Position numbers and translations under genes: made by a program. From Lachnospiraceae bacterium (GTDB lineage Bacteria > Bacillota > Clostridia > Lachnospirales > Lachnospiraceae), in the NCBI GenBank assembly GCA_017623295.1, contig JAGAPK010000047.1, positions 23,456 through 87,455 on the forward strand: a DNA stretch of 64,000 nucleotides, written 5' to 3'. Shown here piece after piece: positions 1 to 10,365 of the stretch; position 1 is the first letter of the stretch; each line of letters starts with the position of its first letter. The notes beneath the pieces were generated by a model that was not told where the DNA came from, ran no database searches, and saw nothing but the letters and a program-made list of their open reading frames with translations.

Positions 1-13
1 GACGGTTTAAAAC

Positions 14-2665
14 ATGGCTGAATTAACTCCCATGATGCAACAATATGTTGAAACAAAAAAAGAATATCCGGATTGTATCTTGTTTTATCGACTCGGCGAT
101 TTCTATGAGATGTTTTTTGAAGATGCGATTACGGCATCCAGAGAATTGGAAATTACGCTGACCGGTAAAAGCTGCGGGCAGGAAGAACGCGCACCGATGT
201 GTGGAGTGCCTTACCATGCAGTAGATGGATATTTGAATAAGTTGATAGCGAAAGGCTATAAGGTAGCTATCTGTGAACAGGTAGAGGACCCAAAGGAAGC
301 TAAAGGTATTGTAAAAAGAGAAGTCATCCGTATTGTTACACCTGGTACAAATATGAACATTCAGGCAATGGATGATTCCAAGAACAATTATATTATATGT
401 GTGTCCTATTTTCCGGGAAAAATCGGAATTTCTGTTGCCGATGTAACAACCGGTGATTATTATTTGACCGAAGTAGATGACATTCGTAAATTACAGGATG
501 AAATCAATAAATATGCGCCTTCTGAAATTATCTGCAATGAGGCGTTTTTTGTCAGTGGTTTTGACATAGAAGAAATGAAAAACCGACTTGGTGTAACGGT
601 ATATTCCCTTGCACCGCATTATTTTGATGAAGATACCTGTCGGAAATGTCTTTTGAAGCATTTTCATGTAAATACTTTAATCGGGCTTGGAATTGAAGAT
701 TTTCCTAGCGGTCTGGTTGCTTCCGGCGCATTATTACAGTATTTATATGAAACACAGAAAACATCATTAGAACATTTTACTCATCTTTATCCTTATCTGA
801 CAAGCAAATACATGTTGCTTGACAGTGCAACCAGACGAAATCTGGAATTAATAGAGACCTTGCGTGAGAAGCAGAAAAAGGGTTCTTTGCTAGGGGTTCT
901 TGACCGCACCAAAACTGCAATGGGCGGCAGATTGCTTCGCAAATACATAGAACAGCCTTTGATTGATAAAGAAGAAATCGAGCAACGTCTTGATGTTGTG
1001 GAAGAATTATGTAAAAATGCCATGCTAAGAGATGAACTTAGGGAATATCTAAATCCTATTTACGATTTAGAACGTCTTCTTGGCAAAGTCAGCTATCGAA
1101 CGGCCAATCCCAGAGATTTGATTGCTTTTCGTGCTTCCTTAGAAATGCTTCCTTCCATTAAGACGATTTTGAAGGATGCTAATTCCGGTTTGTTGCAGCA
1201 GATTCAGGATGAATTGGATGATTTGGCAGATATTTTCCAATTAATTGATGATGCAATTATCGAAGAACCGCCGATAGCCATCAAAGAGGGTGGTATTATC
1301 AAACAAGGTTTCAACGAAACGATAGACGAACTTCGCAATGCCAAAACAGAGGGCAAAAACTGGCTTGCGGCATTGGAAAACGAAGATCGTGAAAGAACCG
1401 GCATCAAAAATCTTCGTATCAAATATAACAAGGTCTTCGGTTATTATTTTGAAGTAACCAATTCTTATAAAGATTTAGTACCGGAAGATTACATTCGAAA
1501 ACAGACACTTGCTAACGCGGAACGCTATACAACGCCTCGTTTAAAAGAGCTGGAAGATACGATTTTGAATGCCGAAGATAAGCTCTATTCTTTGGAATAT
1601 GATCTTTTCTGTCAGGTGCGTGATACGATTGCGGCACAGATTGAGAGAATTCAACAGACTGCCAAAGCGATTGCAAAACTGGATGTTTTTGCATCTCTTT
1701 CCTATGTGGCAGAACGAAATCACTATATTAGACCGACTTTGAATGAAAAAGGTGTTATTGATATCAAAGAAGGCAGACATCCGGTGGTAGAACAAATGAT
1801 TCACAATGATATGTTTATTGCTAATGATACTTATTTAGATAATCAGAAACATTGTATCGCTGTTATAACCGGTCCGAACATGGCTGGTAAATCGACTTAT
1901 ATGCGACAGACAGCTTTAATTGTTTTGTTAGCACAAATCGGTTGTTTTGTTCCGGCCAAGAAAGCCAATATTGGTATCGTAGACCGTATTTTTACCAGAG
2001 TCGGTGCTTCTGATGATTTGGCAAGCGGACAGTCTACTTTTATGGTAGAAATGAACGAAGTTGCTAACATTTTGCGAAATGCCACATCCAACAGTCTTTT
2101 GGTATTAGACGAAATTGGTCGTGGTACATCAACCTTTGATGGACTCAGCATTGCATGGGCAGTTATTGAGCATATCAGTAACCGTAAAATACTGGGTGCA
2201 AAAACTCTTTTTGCAACTCATTATCATGAGCTTACTGAATTGGAAGGTAAAATGGACAATGTAAACAATTATTGTATTGCCGTCAAAGAAAAAGGTGATG
2301 ACATTGTTTTCCTTCGTAAAATTATCAATGGCGGTGCGGATAAGAGTTATGGTATTCAGGTTGCCAAACTTGCCGGTGTGCCGGATATGGTAATTGACCG
2401 TGCCAAAGAAATTGTAAATCAACTTTCCGACAATGATATTACTGAAAAAGTCCAAAGTATTGCCGTAAACACAAAAGGCGAAGGTAAAGCTCAAAAAGTG
2501 GAGCGTTATGATGAAGTAGATATGGCGCAGATGTCTTTATTTGACACCGTAAAGGACGAAGACGTTATTAACGAATTAAAAGAAATTAATATCAGTAATC
2601 TGACACCGTTGGATGCGCTAAATACTTTATACAGATTACAGAGTAAACTGGTAAACAGATGGTAG
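14..2665 (+). CDS. mutS: DNA mismatch repair protein MutS
   Basis: N-terminal TPMMQQY and GDFYEMF; Walker A TGPNMAGKST; STFMVEM; DEIGRGTST; ATHYHEL. Confidence 0.98.
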   Translation: MAELTPMMQQYVETKKEYPDCILFYRLGDFYEMFFEDAITASRELEITLTGKSCGQEERAPMCGVPYHAVDGYLNKLIAKGYKVAICEQVEDPKEAKGIVKREVIRIVTPGTNMNIQAMDDSKNNYIICVSYFPGKIGISVADVTTGDYYLTEVDDIRKLQDEINKYAPSEIICNEAFFVSGFDIEEMKNRLGVTVYSLAPHYFDEDTCRKCLLKHFHVNTLIGLGIEDFPSGLVASGALLQYLYETQKTSLEHFTHLYPYLTSKYMLLDSATRRNLELIETLREKQKKGSLLGVLDRTKTAMGGRLLRKYIEQPLIDKEEIEQRLDVVEELCKNAMLRDELREYLNPIYDLERLLGKVSYRTANPRDLIAFRASLEMLPSIKTILKDANSGLLQQIQDELDDLADIFQLIDDAIIEEPPIAIKEGGIIKQGFNETIDELRNAKTEGKNWLAALENEDRERTGIKNLRIKYNKVFGYYFEVTNSYKDLVPEDYIRKQTLANAERYTTPRLKELEDTILNAEDKLYSLEYDLFCQVRDTIAAQIERIQQTAKAIAKLDVFASLSYVAERNHYIRPTLNEKGVIDIKEGRHPVVEQMIHNDMFIANDTYLDNQKHCIAVITGPNMAGKSTYMRQTALIVLLAQIGCFVPAKKANIGIVDRIFTRVGASDDLASGQSTFMVEMNEVANILRNATSNSLLVLDEIGRGTSTFDGLSIAWAVIEHISNRKILGAKTLFATHYHELTELEGKMDNVNNYCIAVKEKGDDIVFLRKIINGGADKSYGIQVAKLAGVPDMVIDRAKEIVNQLSDNDITEKVQSIAVNTKGEGKAQKVERYDEVDMAQMSLFDTVKDEDVINELKEINISNLTPLDALNTLYRLQSKLVNRW

Positions 2666-2716
2666 CATGGCTAATAGCAAGGTTTTAACGATACATTGCA
2701 ATAGAAAGGATGTCCT

Positions 2717-4579
2717 ATGGCTAAAATAAATGTATTAGATAATCAGACAATTGATAAAATCGCCGCTGGAGAAGTCGTAGAGCGTCCTGCCAGTGTTATC
2801 AAAGAATTGGTTGAAAACGCAATTGATTCCGGTGCCAATGCAATTACAGTGGAAATTAAAGAAGGAGGTATTTCTTTTATCCGAGTGACTGATAACGGAA
2901 GTGGAATTGAAAAATCGGAGATAAGAAATGCTTTCTTGCGTCATGCCACGAGTAAAATTATGTCAGCAAACGACTTGACTGAGTTAGTCAGTCTTGGTTT
3001 CCGAGGTGAGGCGTTAGCAAGCATAGCAGCGGTTTCTATGGTAGAAGCAATTTCGAAAGTGCCGGAAGATTTAACCGGCATTCGTTATGTTATCGAAGGC
3101 GGTGTTGAAAAAGAAATGGAAGAAATCGGTGCGCCGGAAGGCACAACGATTCTGGTTCGTAATCTTTTCTATAATACTTTGCCACGAAAAAAATTCCTGA
3201 AATCTCCGCAGACAGAAGGCTCTTATGTGGCAGATTTGATGGAGCATCTGGCAATGTCCCATCCACAGATTTCTTTTCATTTCATCATGAATAATAACAG
3301 CAAATTTCATACATCCGGAAACGATGATCTGAAAGAAATCATTTACCGCATTTACGGCAAAGATATAGTAAAAGAGATTGAAGAAATTCACGTTGAAAAA
3401 GACGGTATTACTGTTGACGGTTATCTTGGCAAGCCGATTATTAACCGTTCCAATCGTAATTATGAAATTTTCTATATCAACGGCAGATTTATTAAAAGCA
3501 GCCTGATTAGCAAGGCCGTAGAAGATGGCTATAAAGAATACTTGATGCAGCATAAATTTCCGTTTTGTATTCTGCATTTTTCCATTGACACAAAACGAAT
3601 TGATGTCAATGTTCATCCAACTAAAATGGAAGTGCGCATTGCCAATGGACAGGAATTTTATGAATTGGTACAGGATATTATTTATAATGCGCTGCACAAA
3701 CAGGAAATGATACCGGAAGTGGAACTTTCAGCAGAACAAACGAAAGGGCAGAAGCCAACTCAAAAGCCTCAGCTTGCACCGGAACCATTTGAGAAGAAGC
3801 GTATGGAACTGGAATCGCAACTGGTAAACGAGCCGGTTTCTTATGAAGTAAAAACAGAGCCGGTTGTACAACCTGTTATACGACCCATTATGCAACCTAC
3901 ACAGTCAGAACCGGTTGAAGCACCGGTTACTGAGTCTGTTCCGAAACCGGAGCAGTTAAATCTGTTTGATGATAAACTGCTTTCTGCTAAGGCAAGAGAG
4001 CAATACGAAATAATCGGACAGCTGTTTGATACTTACTGGCTGATTTCTTATCAGGACAAACTGATGATTGTCGACCAGCACGCGGCACATGAGAAAGTAA
4101 AATACGAGCGTTTTATCAAGCAGTTTAGAGAGCATAATATTGTGTCGCAGAATCTGAATCCTCCTGTTGTGATAACGTTAAACGGACGAGAGAAAGAGTG
4201 TCTGATGCAGTATCAGGATTATTTTGCTTCCTTAGGCTTTGGAATTGAAGAATTCGGTGGAAATGATTACGCTATTTCCAGTGTGCCGATGGACTTATAT
4301 GGTTATAAAGATGCTGAATTATTTTATGAACTTCTGGATGAATTGGCAGATGAAACAATAAGCAGCAGAACACCAGACAGCATTCATACTAAAATTGCAA
4401 CAATGGCTTGTAAAGCTGCTGTAAAAGGTAATATGCGCCTTTCCAGGCCGGAAGTCGAAGCTTTAATTGATGAACTTCTTTCGTTGGAAAACCCTTATAA
4501 CTGTCCACACGGAAGACCAACCATTATCTCCATGAGTAAATACGAACTGGAGAAAAAATTTAAAAGAATTGTAACGTAG
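2717..4579 (+). CDS. mutL: DNA mismatch repair endonuclease MutL
   Basis: IAAGEVVERP, GFRGEAL, DVNVHPTK; endonuclease motifs DQHAAHE, ACK and CPHGRP. Confidence 0.98.
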   Translation: MAKINVLDNQTIDKIAAGEVVERPASVIKELVENAIDSGANAITVEIKEGGISFIRVTDNGSGIEKSEIRNAFLRHATSKIMSANDLTELVSLGFRGEALASIAAVSMVEAISKVPEDLTGIRYVIEGGVEKEMEEIGAPEGTTILVRNLFYNTLPRKKFLKSPQTEGSYVADLMEHLAMSHPQISFHFIMNNNSKFHTSGNDDLKEIIYRIYGKDIVKEIEEIHVEKDGITVDGYLGKPIINRSNRNYEIFYINGRFIKSSLISKAVEDGYKEYLMQHKFPFCILHFSIDTKRIDVNVHPTKMEVRIANGQEFYELVQDIIYNALHKQEMIPEVELSAEQTKGQKPTQKPQLAPEPFEKKRMELESQLVNEPVSYEVKTEPVVQPVIRPIMQPTQSEPVEAPVTESVPKPEQLNLFDDKLLSAKAREQYEIIGQLFDTYWLISYQDKLMIVDQHAAHEKVKYERFIKQFREHNIVSQNLNPPVVITLNGREKECLMQYQDYFASLGFGIEEFGGNDYAISSVPMDLYGYKDAELFYELLDELADETISSRTPDSIHTKIATMACKAAVKGNMRLSRPEVEALIDELLSLENPYNCPHGRPTIISMSKYELEKKFKRIVT

Positions 4580-4592
4580 AGGTGTCCGCCAG

Positions 4593-5564
4593 ATGAGTGA
4601 AACAAAAACACTTCAAAACAGCATAGAACGTAGTGCCAAACGTCCTTTAGTCATTTTGACAGGGCCGACTGCAGTTGGCAAAACGGCGTTATCCATTTCC
4701 CTTGCAAAAGCTATTAACGGAGAAATTATTTCTGCGGATTCCATGCAGGTTTATAAGTATATGGACATTGGTTCTGCCAAAATCATGCCGGAAGAAATGG
4801 ACGGAGTACCTCATTATTTGGTGGATATTCTGGAACCGACCGATGAGTTTCATGTTGTAAAATTCCAGACACTTGCCAAAGAAGCAATGGAAAAAATATA
4901 TGCAAAAGGCAAAATCCCGATTCTGGTAGGCGGCACAGGATTTTATATCCAGTCTGTTTTGTATGATATTGATTTTGCGCAGAGTGAAGAAGATGAAACG
5001 TTTCGTAACGAATTAGAGCAGTTTGCCAAGGAAAACGGAAACGAAGCATTGTTTGAACGATTGCGGGCAGTTGACCCAAAATCCTGTGAAATCATTCATG
5101 CCAATAACGTAAAGCGTGTCATCCGTGCAATTGAATTTTATGAAAAGACCGGAAAAAGAATTTCCGAACACAATGACGAACAACGTGAAAATGAATCACC
5201 TTATAACTTTGTTTATTTTGTTTTAAATGATGACCGGACAAAAATCTATGAAAGAATTGATAAAAGAGTCGATAAAATGCTTGCGGATGGTCTTGTAGAA
5301 GAAGTACAACATTTAAAGAATATGGGCTGTACGAGGAATCTTGTTTCCATGCAAGGGCTTGGCTATAAAGAAATTCTGGAATATTTAGATGGTGAATGTA
5401 CATTAGAGGATGCTATATACCGCATCAAACGAGATACCAGACATTTTGCCAAGAGGCAACTGACATGGTTTCGCCGTGAAAGAGACGTGACATGGGTATC
5501 CCGCGAAGATTTTGATAAAATGCTTCAAATATTACAAACAAAGGAGATTATTCCACATGCATAA
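4593..5564 (+). CDS. miaA: tRNA dimethylallyltransferase
   Basis: GPTAVGKT, DSMQVY, GGTGFY, FAKRQLTWF; follows mutL. Confidence 0.97.
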   Translation: MSETKTLQNSIERSAKRPLVILTGPTAVGKTALSISLAKAINGEIISADSMQVYKYMDIGSAKIMPEEMDGVPHYLVDILEPTDEFHVVKFQTLAKEAMEKIYAKGKIPILVGGTGFYIQSVLYDIDFAQSEEDETFRNELEQFAKENGNEALFERLRAVDPKSCEIIHANNVKRVIRAIEFYEKTGKRISEHNDEQRENESPYNFVYFVLNDDRTKIYERIDKRVDKMLADGLVEEVQHLKNMGCTRNLVSMQGLGYKEILEYLDGECTLEDAIYRIKRDTRHFAKRQLTWFRRERDVTWVSREDFDKMLQILQTKEIIPHA

Positions 5565-6855
5565 CTTAGAAGAACAATACAGTCAGTTTGGTATATCCAA
5601 AGAAGTGTTAGATTTTAGCAAGGAAATTCTTGCCTCTTTGGAAGAACGTTTTCGTCAGATTGATGAAACAGCAGAAATCAACCAGTTAAAAGTCATTGGC
5701 GCTATGCAGAAATGCAAGGTCAGTGAAGCTTGTCTGTCTGGAACTACCGGCTATGGCTATAACGATTTAGGAAGAGATACCTTGGAACAGGTTTATGCGA
5801 CTTTATTCCATACTGAAGATGCTTTGGTTCGCCCACAGATTACCTGTGGAACGCACGCACTTGCACTTGCGCTTATGAGCAATCTGCGCCCGGGAGATGA
5901 GTTGTTATCTCCGGTAGGCAAACCATATGATACCTTAGAAGAAGTTATTGGTATCCGCCCGTCCAAAGGTTCTTTGAGGGAATATGGAATTTCTTATAAG
6001 CAGGTAGATTTACTGGAAGACGGAAGTTTTGATTATGAGAACATTCGCAAAGCAATCAATGAGAAAACAAAATTAGTAACCATTCAGCGTTCCAAAGGCT
6101 ATCAGACAAGACCTACGTTATCGGTTACAAAGATTGGCGAACTGATTTCTTTTATCAAAAATATCAAACCGGATATTATTTGTATGGTAGATAATTGTTA
6201 CGGTGAATTTGTTGAAACCATCGAACCGACGGATGTAGGTGCTGATATGGTGGTAGGTTCCCTTATTAAAAATCCGGGTGGCGGTCTGGCTCCGATTGGC
6301 GGTTATATTGCCGGAAAAAAAGAATGCGTGGAAAATGCAGCCTATCGTCTTACTTCTCCGGGACTTGGCAAAGAAGTCGGTGCTTCTTTAGGGGTTATGT
6401 CTTCTTTCTATCAAGGCTTGTTTTTAGCACCAACTGTTACAGCAAGTGCTTTGAAAGGTGCTATTTTTGCAGCAAATATTTTTGAAAAAATTGGTTTTCA
6501 TGTTATTCCAAACAGTACGGAAAGTCGTCACGATATTATTCAGGCAGTTACCTTTGGTAAACCGGAAGGCGTTATTGCGTTTTGTCAGGGAATTCAGGCT
6601 GCGGCTTCTGTAGACAGCTTCGTCACACCGGAGCCCTGGGATATGCCGGGATATGATTCACAGGTTATTATGGCAGCCGGAGCCTTTGTTTCCGGTTCTT
6701 CCATTGAACTGAGCGCAGATGGACCAATCAAACCGCCTTATGCAGTTTATTTCCAGGGTGGTCTTACATGGCCACATGCAAAACTGGGTATTCTGAAGGC
6801 TTTACAGAATTTAGTGGATCAGAAAGTAGTTTCTTCTGACTTCAAGCGATTATAA
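5557..6855 (+). CDS. PLP-dependent methionine gamma-lyase family / aluminium resistance protein (YnbB-like)
   Basis: GYGYNDLGRD, QRSKGY, DNCYGEF, GSLIKNPGGG; start moved to ATG 5557, downstream of AAGGAG at 5541. Confidence 0.88.
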   Translation: MHNLEEQYSQFGISKEVLDFSKEILASLEERFRQIDETAEINQLKVIGAMQKCKVSEACLSGTTGYGYNDLGRDTLEQVYATLFHTEDALVRPQITCGTHALALALMSNLRPGDELLSPVGKPYDTLEEVIGIRPSKGSLREYGISYKQVDLLEDGSFDYENIRKAINEKTKLVTIQRSKGYQTRPTLSVTKIGELISFIKNIKPDIICMVDNCYGEFVETIEPTDVGADMVVGSLIKNPGGGLAPIGGYIAGKKECVENAAYRLTSPGLGKEVGASLGVMSSFYQGLFLAPTVTASALKGAIFAANIFEKIGFHVIPNSTESRHDIIQAVTFGKPEGVIAFCQGIQAAASVDSFVTPEPWDMPGYDSQVIMAAGAFVSGSSIELSADGPIKPPYAVYFQGGLTWPHAKLGILKALQNLVDQKVVSSDFKRL

Positions 6856-6956
6856 GAGAAAAAGCAAAAGAAATGCCAAGAAAAAAATAGGTAAATTTTG
6901 TATACATAAAATGTGGTTTGTGATAAAATAGATTGGATATTTGCTAGGAGGTACTT

Positions 6957-7193
6957 ATGAAAAAGAATAACTGGGCTTGTTTTTTATTGATACTGGCAGG
7001 AATTGTTATTGGTGGATTCATCGGTAATTTATTGCCTATTGAATGGCTTAATTATGGACAATCCTTCGGGTTATCATCCCCGATTGTTTTAGATCTTGGT
7101 ATTTTATGCATTACCTTTGGTCTTTCTATAAAAATCACCATAGCAAGTATTATTGGTATTGTTATTGGAATTGTAATATACCGTTGTATCTAA
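6957..7193 (+). CDS. small membrane protein, DUF4321-like
   Basis: 78 aa hydrophobic; LDLGIL..TFG motif; AGGAGG RBS; usual position upstream of radC. Confidence 0.75.
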   Translation: MKKNNWACFLLILAGIVIGGFIGNLLPIEWLNYGQSFGLSSPIVLDLGILCITFGLSIKITIASIIGIVIGIVIYRCI

Positions 7194-7235
7194 TTCCCAT
7201 GCACCGGAGAGAAGTGCTGTCGGGAAAGAGGTTGA

Positions 7236-7943
7236 ATGAAATTAGTTAAGTATGAGAACAATGATAATGGCATGATACAGAATCTTCCATATGAGAAATT
7301 TATTTCCCTGGGAGCACAATCGCTTACGGATTCAGAACTTCTTGCCATTGTGATTCGTACCGGAACCAAAGAAATGAGTGCCAAAGAACTTGGCGAAGAA
7401 GTGTTGCGTGTTGCCGATAAGTATGGAAACGGTCTGCTTGGTTTGTATCACATACCTTTATCCGAACTGATGCAGATAAAAGGTATAGGAAAAGTTAAGG
7501 CAGTCAAGCTTAAGGTCATTGCAGAATTGTGTGTCCGTATGTCGCAGTCTAAAGCAAAAGAGCAGTTAGCTTTTACAAAACCCTATTCCGTTGCAGATTA
7601 CTATATGGAACGCTTCCGACACGAAAAAGTAGAACATATCCTGCTTTTATTATTGGATTCCGGTCTGCATTTACTGGAAGAAGAGTTGATTTCAACCGGA
7701 ACAGTAAATGCTTCTTTACTGTCACCAAGAGAGGTTTATATCTGTGCTTTTCGGGCACAGGCAACACATATTATGTTGCTGCATAATCATCCCGGTGGCA
7801 ATCCGGTTCCGAGTAATAATGATATTGAAATTACAAATCGAATCTCTGAAATCGGAAAAACAATTGATATTCCATTACTGGATCATATTATTATTGGCGA
7901 TAACAGCTATTTCAGCTTTAAAGAAAGTAAATTAATTCATTGA
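7236..7943 (+). CDS. radC: RadC family JAB-domain protein
   Basis: PYEK, ELLAI, GIGKVKA HhH; HNHPGG..PS..D and LLDHIIIG. Confidence 0.95.
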   Translation: MKLVKYENNDNGMIQNLPYEKFISLGAQSLTDSELLAIVIRTGTKEMSAKELGEEVLRVADKYGNGLLGLYHIPLSELMQIKGIGKVKAVKLKVIAELCVRMSQSKAKEQLAFTKPYSVADYYMERFRHEKVEHILLLLLDSGLHLLEEELISTGTVNASLLSPREVYICAFRAQATHIMLLHNHPGGNPVPSNNDIEITNRISEIGKTIDIPLLDHIIIGDNSYFSFKESKLIH

Positions 7944-7963
7944 GATGAAAGGAGTAACTTACC

Positions 7964-8974
7964 TTGGCAAATAATGCATTTGGAATTGATTTAGGAACAA
8001 GTAATATCAAAATATACAATCGTGCAGATGACAGTGTCTTTTTAGAGAAAAACATGATTGCGATTGAAAACAAAAAAACACTTTTTGCATATGGAAATTC
8101 TGCTTTTGAAATGTATGAAAAAGCACCTGGAAACATTCATATTTCCTATCCTCTTAGCAATGGTGTAATTGCAGACATACAGAATATGGAAACACTCATA
8201 AAATATTTTATGTCAGACTTAATGAAAAATAATATCAAGCCGGCTGACTATTATATTGCAGTTCCCTGGGATGTAACAGAAGTTGAAAAACGTGCGTTCA
8301 AAGATCTGGTAAAAGAATCCAATGTAAAAGCCCGTAAAGTTATGGTTGTTGATAAAGCGGTAGCCGATGGTCTGGGACTTGGCATTGATGTCAAAAATTC
8401 ACAGGGCGTTTTAGTTGTTAATGTTGGTTTTGACACAACAGAAATTTCTATTTTGTCTTTGGGTGGTATTGTATTAAGCAAGTTGATAAAAGTCGGTGGC
8501 AGAAAATTCGATGAGGCAATTAAAGCAGCTGTTCGTCGTGAATACAGCCTTATTATCGGTGGCAAAACAGCTGAAAATGTAAAAATTGCTCTTTCTGAGT
8601 TAGAAGCACAGAATTGTGGTGCTATTGTATATGGCCGTGACATAGTCACAGGACTTCCGGTAGAAAGAGAAATTCCAACCAGCTTAGTTGACGAAAGCAT
8701 GACAGAACATTTTAATACTATTATAGATAATATTAAAGTTATTCTGGAACGTACACCACCGGAATTAGCAGCAGATATTTACAGACATGGTCTGTATCTG
8801 ACAGGCGGCGCATCACAGGTAAATAAGCTGGCACAACTGATGAGCAAAGGAACCGGTCTGAAGGTTAATGTTTCAGAACATCCGTCAGAGAGCGTTGCTT
8901 TGGGACTTGCAAAAATCATTAATGATGATAATTATAAATCAGTAGCTTATGCAATAGAAGGAATGAGTAAATGA
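7964..8974 (+). CDS. mreB: rod shape-determining actin-like protein MreB (divergent nucleotide-binding motifs)
   Basis: GIDLGTSN, GVIAD, GRDIVTGLP, LERTPPELAADI, LTGGA; first gene of mreBCD. Confidence 0.9.
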   Translation: MANNAFGIDLGTSNIKIYNRADDSVFLEKNMIAIENKKTLFAYGNSAFEMYEKAPGNIHISYPLSNGVIADIQNMETLIKYFMSDLMKNNIKPADYYIAVPWDVTEVEKRAFKDLVKESNVKARKVMVVDKAVADGLGLGIDVKNSQGVLVVNVGFDTTEISILSLGGIVLSKLIKVGGRKFDEAIKAAVRREYSLIIGGKTAENVKIALSELEAQNCGAIVYGRDIVTGLPVEREIPTSLVDESMTEHFNTIIDNIKVILERTPPELAADIYRHGLYLTGGASQVNKLAQLMSKGTGLKVNVSEHPSESVALGLAKIINDDNYKSVAYAIEGMSK

Positions 8975-9840
8975 GTCCAGTCGTAAAAAGAAAAGGAGAG
9001 AAATTTACCCTGCCGAGTAAATATCTCCTTTTTATTTTAACAATTCTATGTACCGGAATGGTACTACTTACATTCAATACCAATATTTTCAGTGGTCCTC
9101 TCAGCATGATTGCCGGTTATACGGTTGTGCCTTTTGAAGAAGGTATTAGTGCGGTCGGCAGCTTTTTGAGCAATCGTTCCGAAGAATTGGGACAGATTAA
9201 AGAATTAATTGCCGAAAACGAAGCGTTAAAGGAACAGGTTGATGAGTTAACCATCGAGAATACTCGTTTGCAGCAAGACCGTTATGAGCTCACGAATTTA
9301 CGTGAACTTTATAAATTGGATTCCCAATACGATGAATATGAAAAAATCGGAGCGAGAATTATTGCAAGAGATTCCGGAAACTGGTTTTATTCTTTTGTTA
9401 TCAACAAAGGTTCCAATGATGGTCTGGAAGTGGATATGAATGTTATGGCAGGCAGTGGTCTGGTTGGTCGAATCGTAGATGTTGGACCAAACTGGGCAAA
9501 AGTAAAATCCATTATTGCCGATGATTCCAATGTCAGTGCGATGGTACTTTCGAGCTCTGATAATATGATTGTTTCCGGTGATTTGAAATTATACGCTTCC
9601 GGAGTTATTTCTTTTGAGCAGCTGGTGGACAGCGATGATAAAGTTGTGGAAGGTGACAAAATTGTTACCTCCAATATTAGTGACAAATATCTTCCTGGAA
9701 TTTTAATTGGTTATATCAGCACCATTAACCAGGATGCCAATAACTTGACGAAATCCGGTTATATTACACCGGCAGTTGATTTCGAGCATCTGGAAGAGGT
9801 TCTCGTCATTTTGGAGCAAAAACAGACCGTTGAGGAGTAG
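8971..9840 (+). CDS. mreC: rod shape-determining protein MreC
   Basis: N-terminal TM, coiled coil, INKGS.DG, GLVGRI, LPGILIG. Confidence 0.95.
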   Translation: MSPVVKRKGEKFTLPSKYLLFILTILCTGMVLLTFNTNIFSGPLSMIAGYTVVPFEEGISAVGSFLSNRSEELGQIKELIAENEALKEQVDELTIENTRLQQDRYELTNLRELYKLDSQYDEYEKIGARIIARDSGNWFYSFVINKGSNDGLEVDMNVMAGSGLVGRIVDVGPNWAKVKSIIADDSNVSAMVLSSSDNMIVSGDLKLYASGVISFEQLVDSDDKVVEGDKIVTSNISDKYLPGILIGYISTINQDANNLTKSGYITPAVDFEHLEEVLVILEQKQTVEE

Positions 9841-9846
9841 AAGAGA

Positions 9847-10365
9847 ATGAAAAGAGGTATTGTAACCGCACTTTTTATTTTCATATGTTTTATATTGCAG
9901 TGCACTGTTTTCCGTGCGCTTGCTTTTGGCGGAATCGTTCCCAATCTGCTGATTGTGCTGACTGCATCTTTTGGATTTATGCGTGGTGAAAAAACCGGAC
10001 TGTTGATTGGTTTTTTCAGTGGATTGTTGGTTGATATCTTTTTTAGTGAAGTAATTGGCTTTTATGCGTTGCTTTACATGTACATTGGTTATGTAAATGG
10101 CAAATTTACAACTATTTTTTACCCGGAAGATATTAAGCTTCCAATTACATTAATTCTTGGCAGTGACTTAGTTTATGGAATTACCTGCTATACTATTTTG
10201 TTTTTATTACGTGGCAGATTCGATTTCCAATACTATCTGGTTAACATTATTCTGCCGGAAATTGTATATACCATCGTTGTGACACTGTTTTTATATCCGA
10301 TTATTTTATGGGTAAACAACAGACTGGAGCGATCGGAGAAAAGGAGCGAGAAGAAGTTTGTTTGA
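9847..10365 (+). CDS. mreD: rod shape-determining protein MreD
   Basis: multi-TM, PNLLIV, GLLVD; operon position. Confidence 0.9.
   Translation: MKRGIVTALFIFICFILQCTVFRALAFGGIVPNLLIVLTASFGFMRGEKTGLLIGFFSGLLVDIFFSEVIGFYALLYMYIGYVNGKFTTIFYPEDIKLPITLILGSDLVYGITCYTILFLLRGRFDFQYYLVNIILPEIVYTIVVTLFLYPIILWVNNRLERSEKRSEKKFV

Noticed and set aside
3071-3697. Long opposite-strand ORFs (e.g. 3071-3697, 29169-29684, 54465-55118)
   Set aside because: Shadow frames of well-supported genes, with no RBS or recognisable motifs.
5565-5600. Absence of hfq/hflX between miaA and the ynbB-like gene
   Set aside because: Ordinary lineage-level gene-order difference; no remnant sequence is visible.
7194-7227. GC-rich imperfect hairpin upstream of radC
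   Set aside because: Short, mismatched and without a U tail; no known riboswitch pattern.
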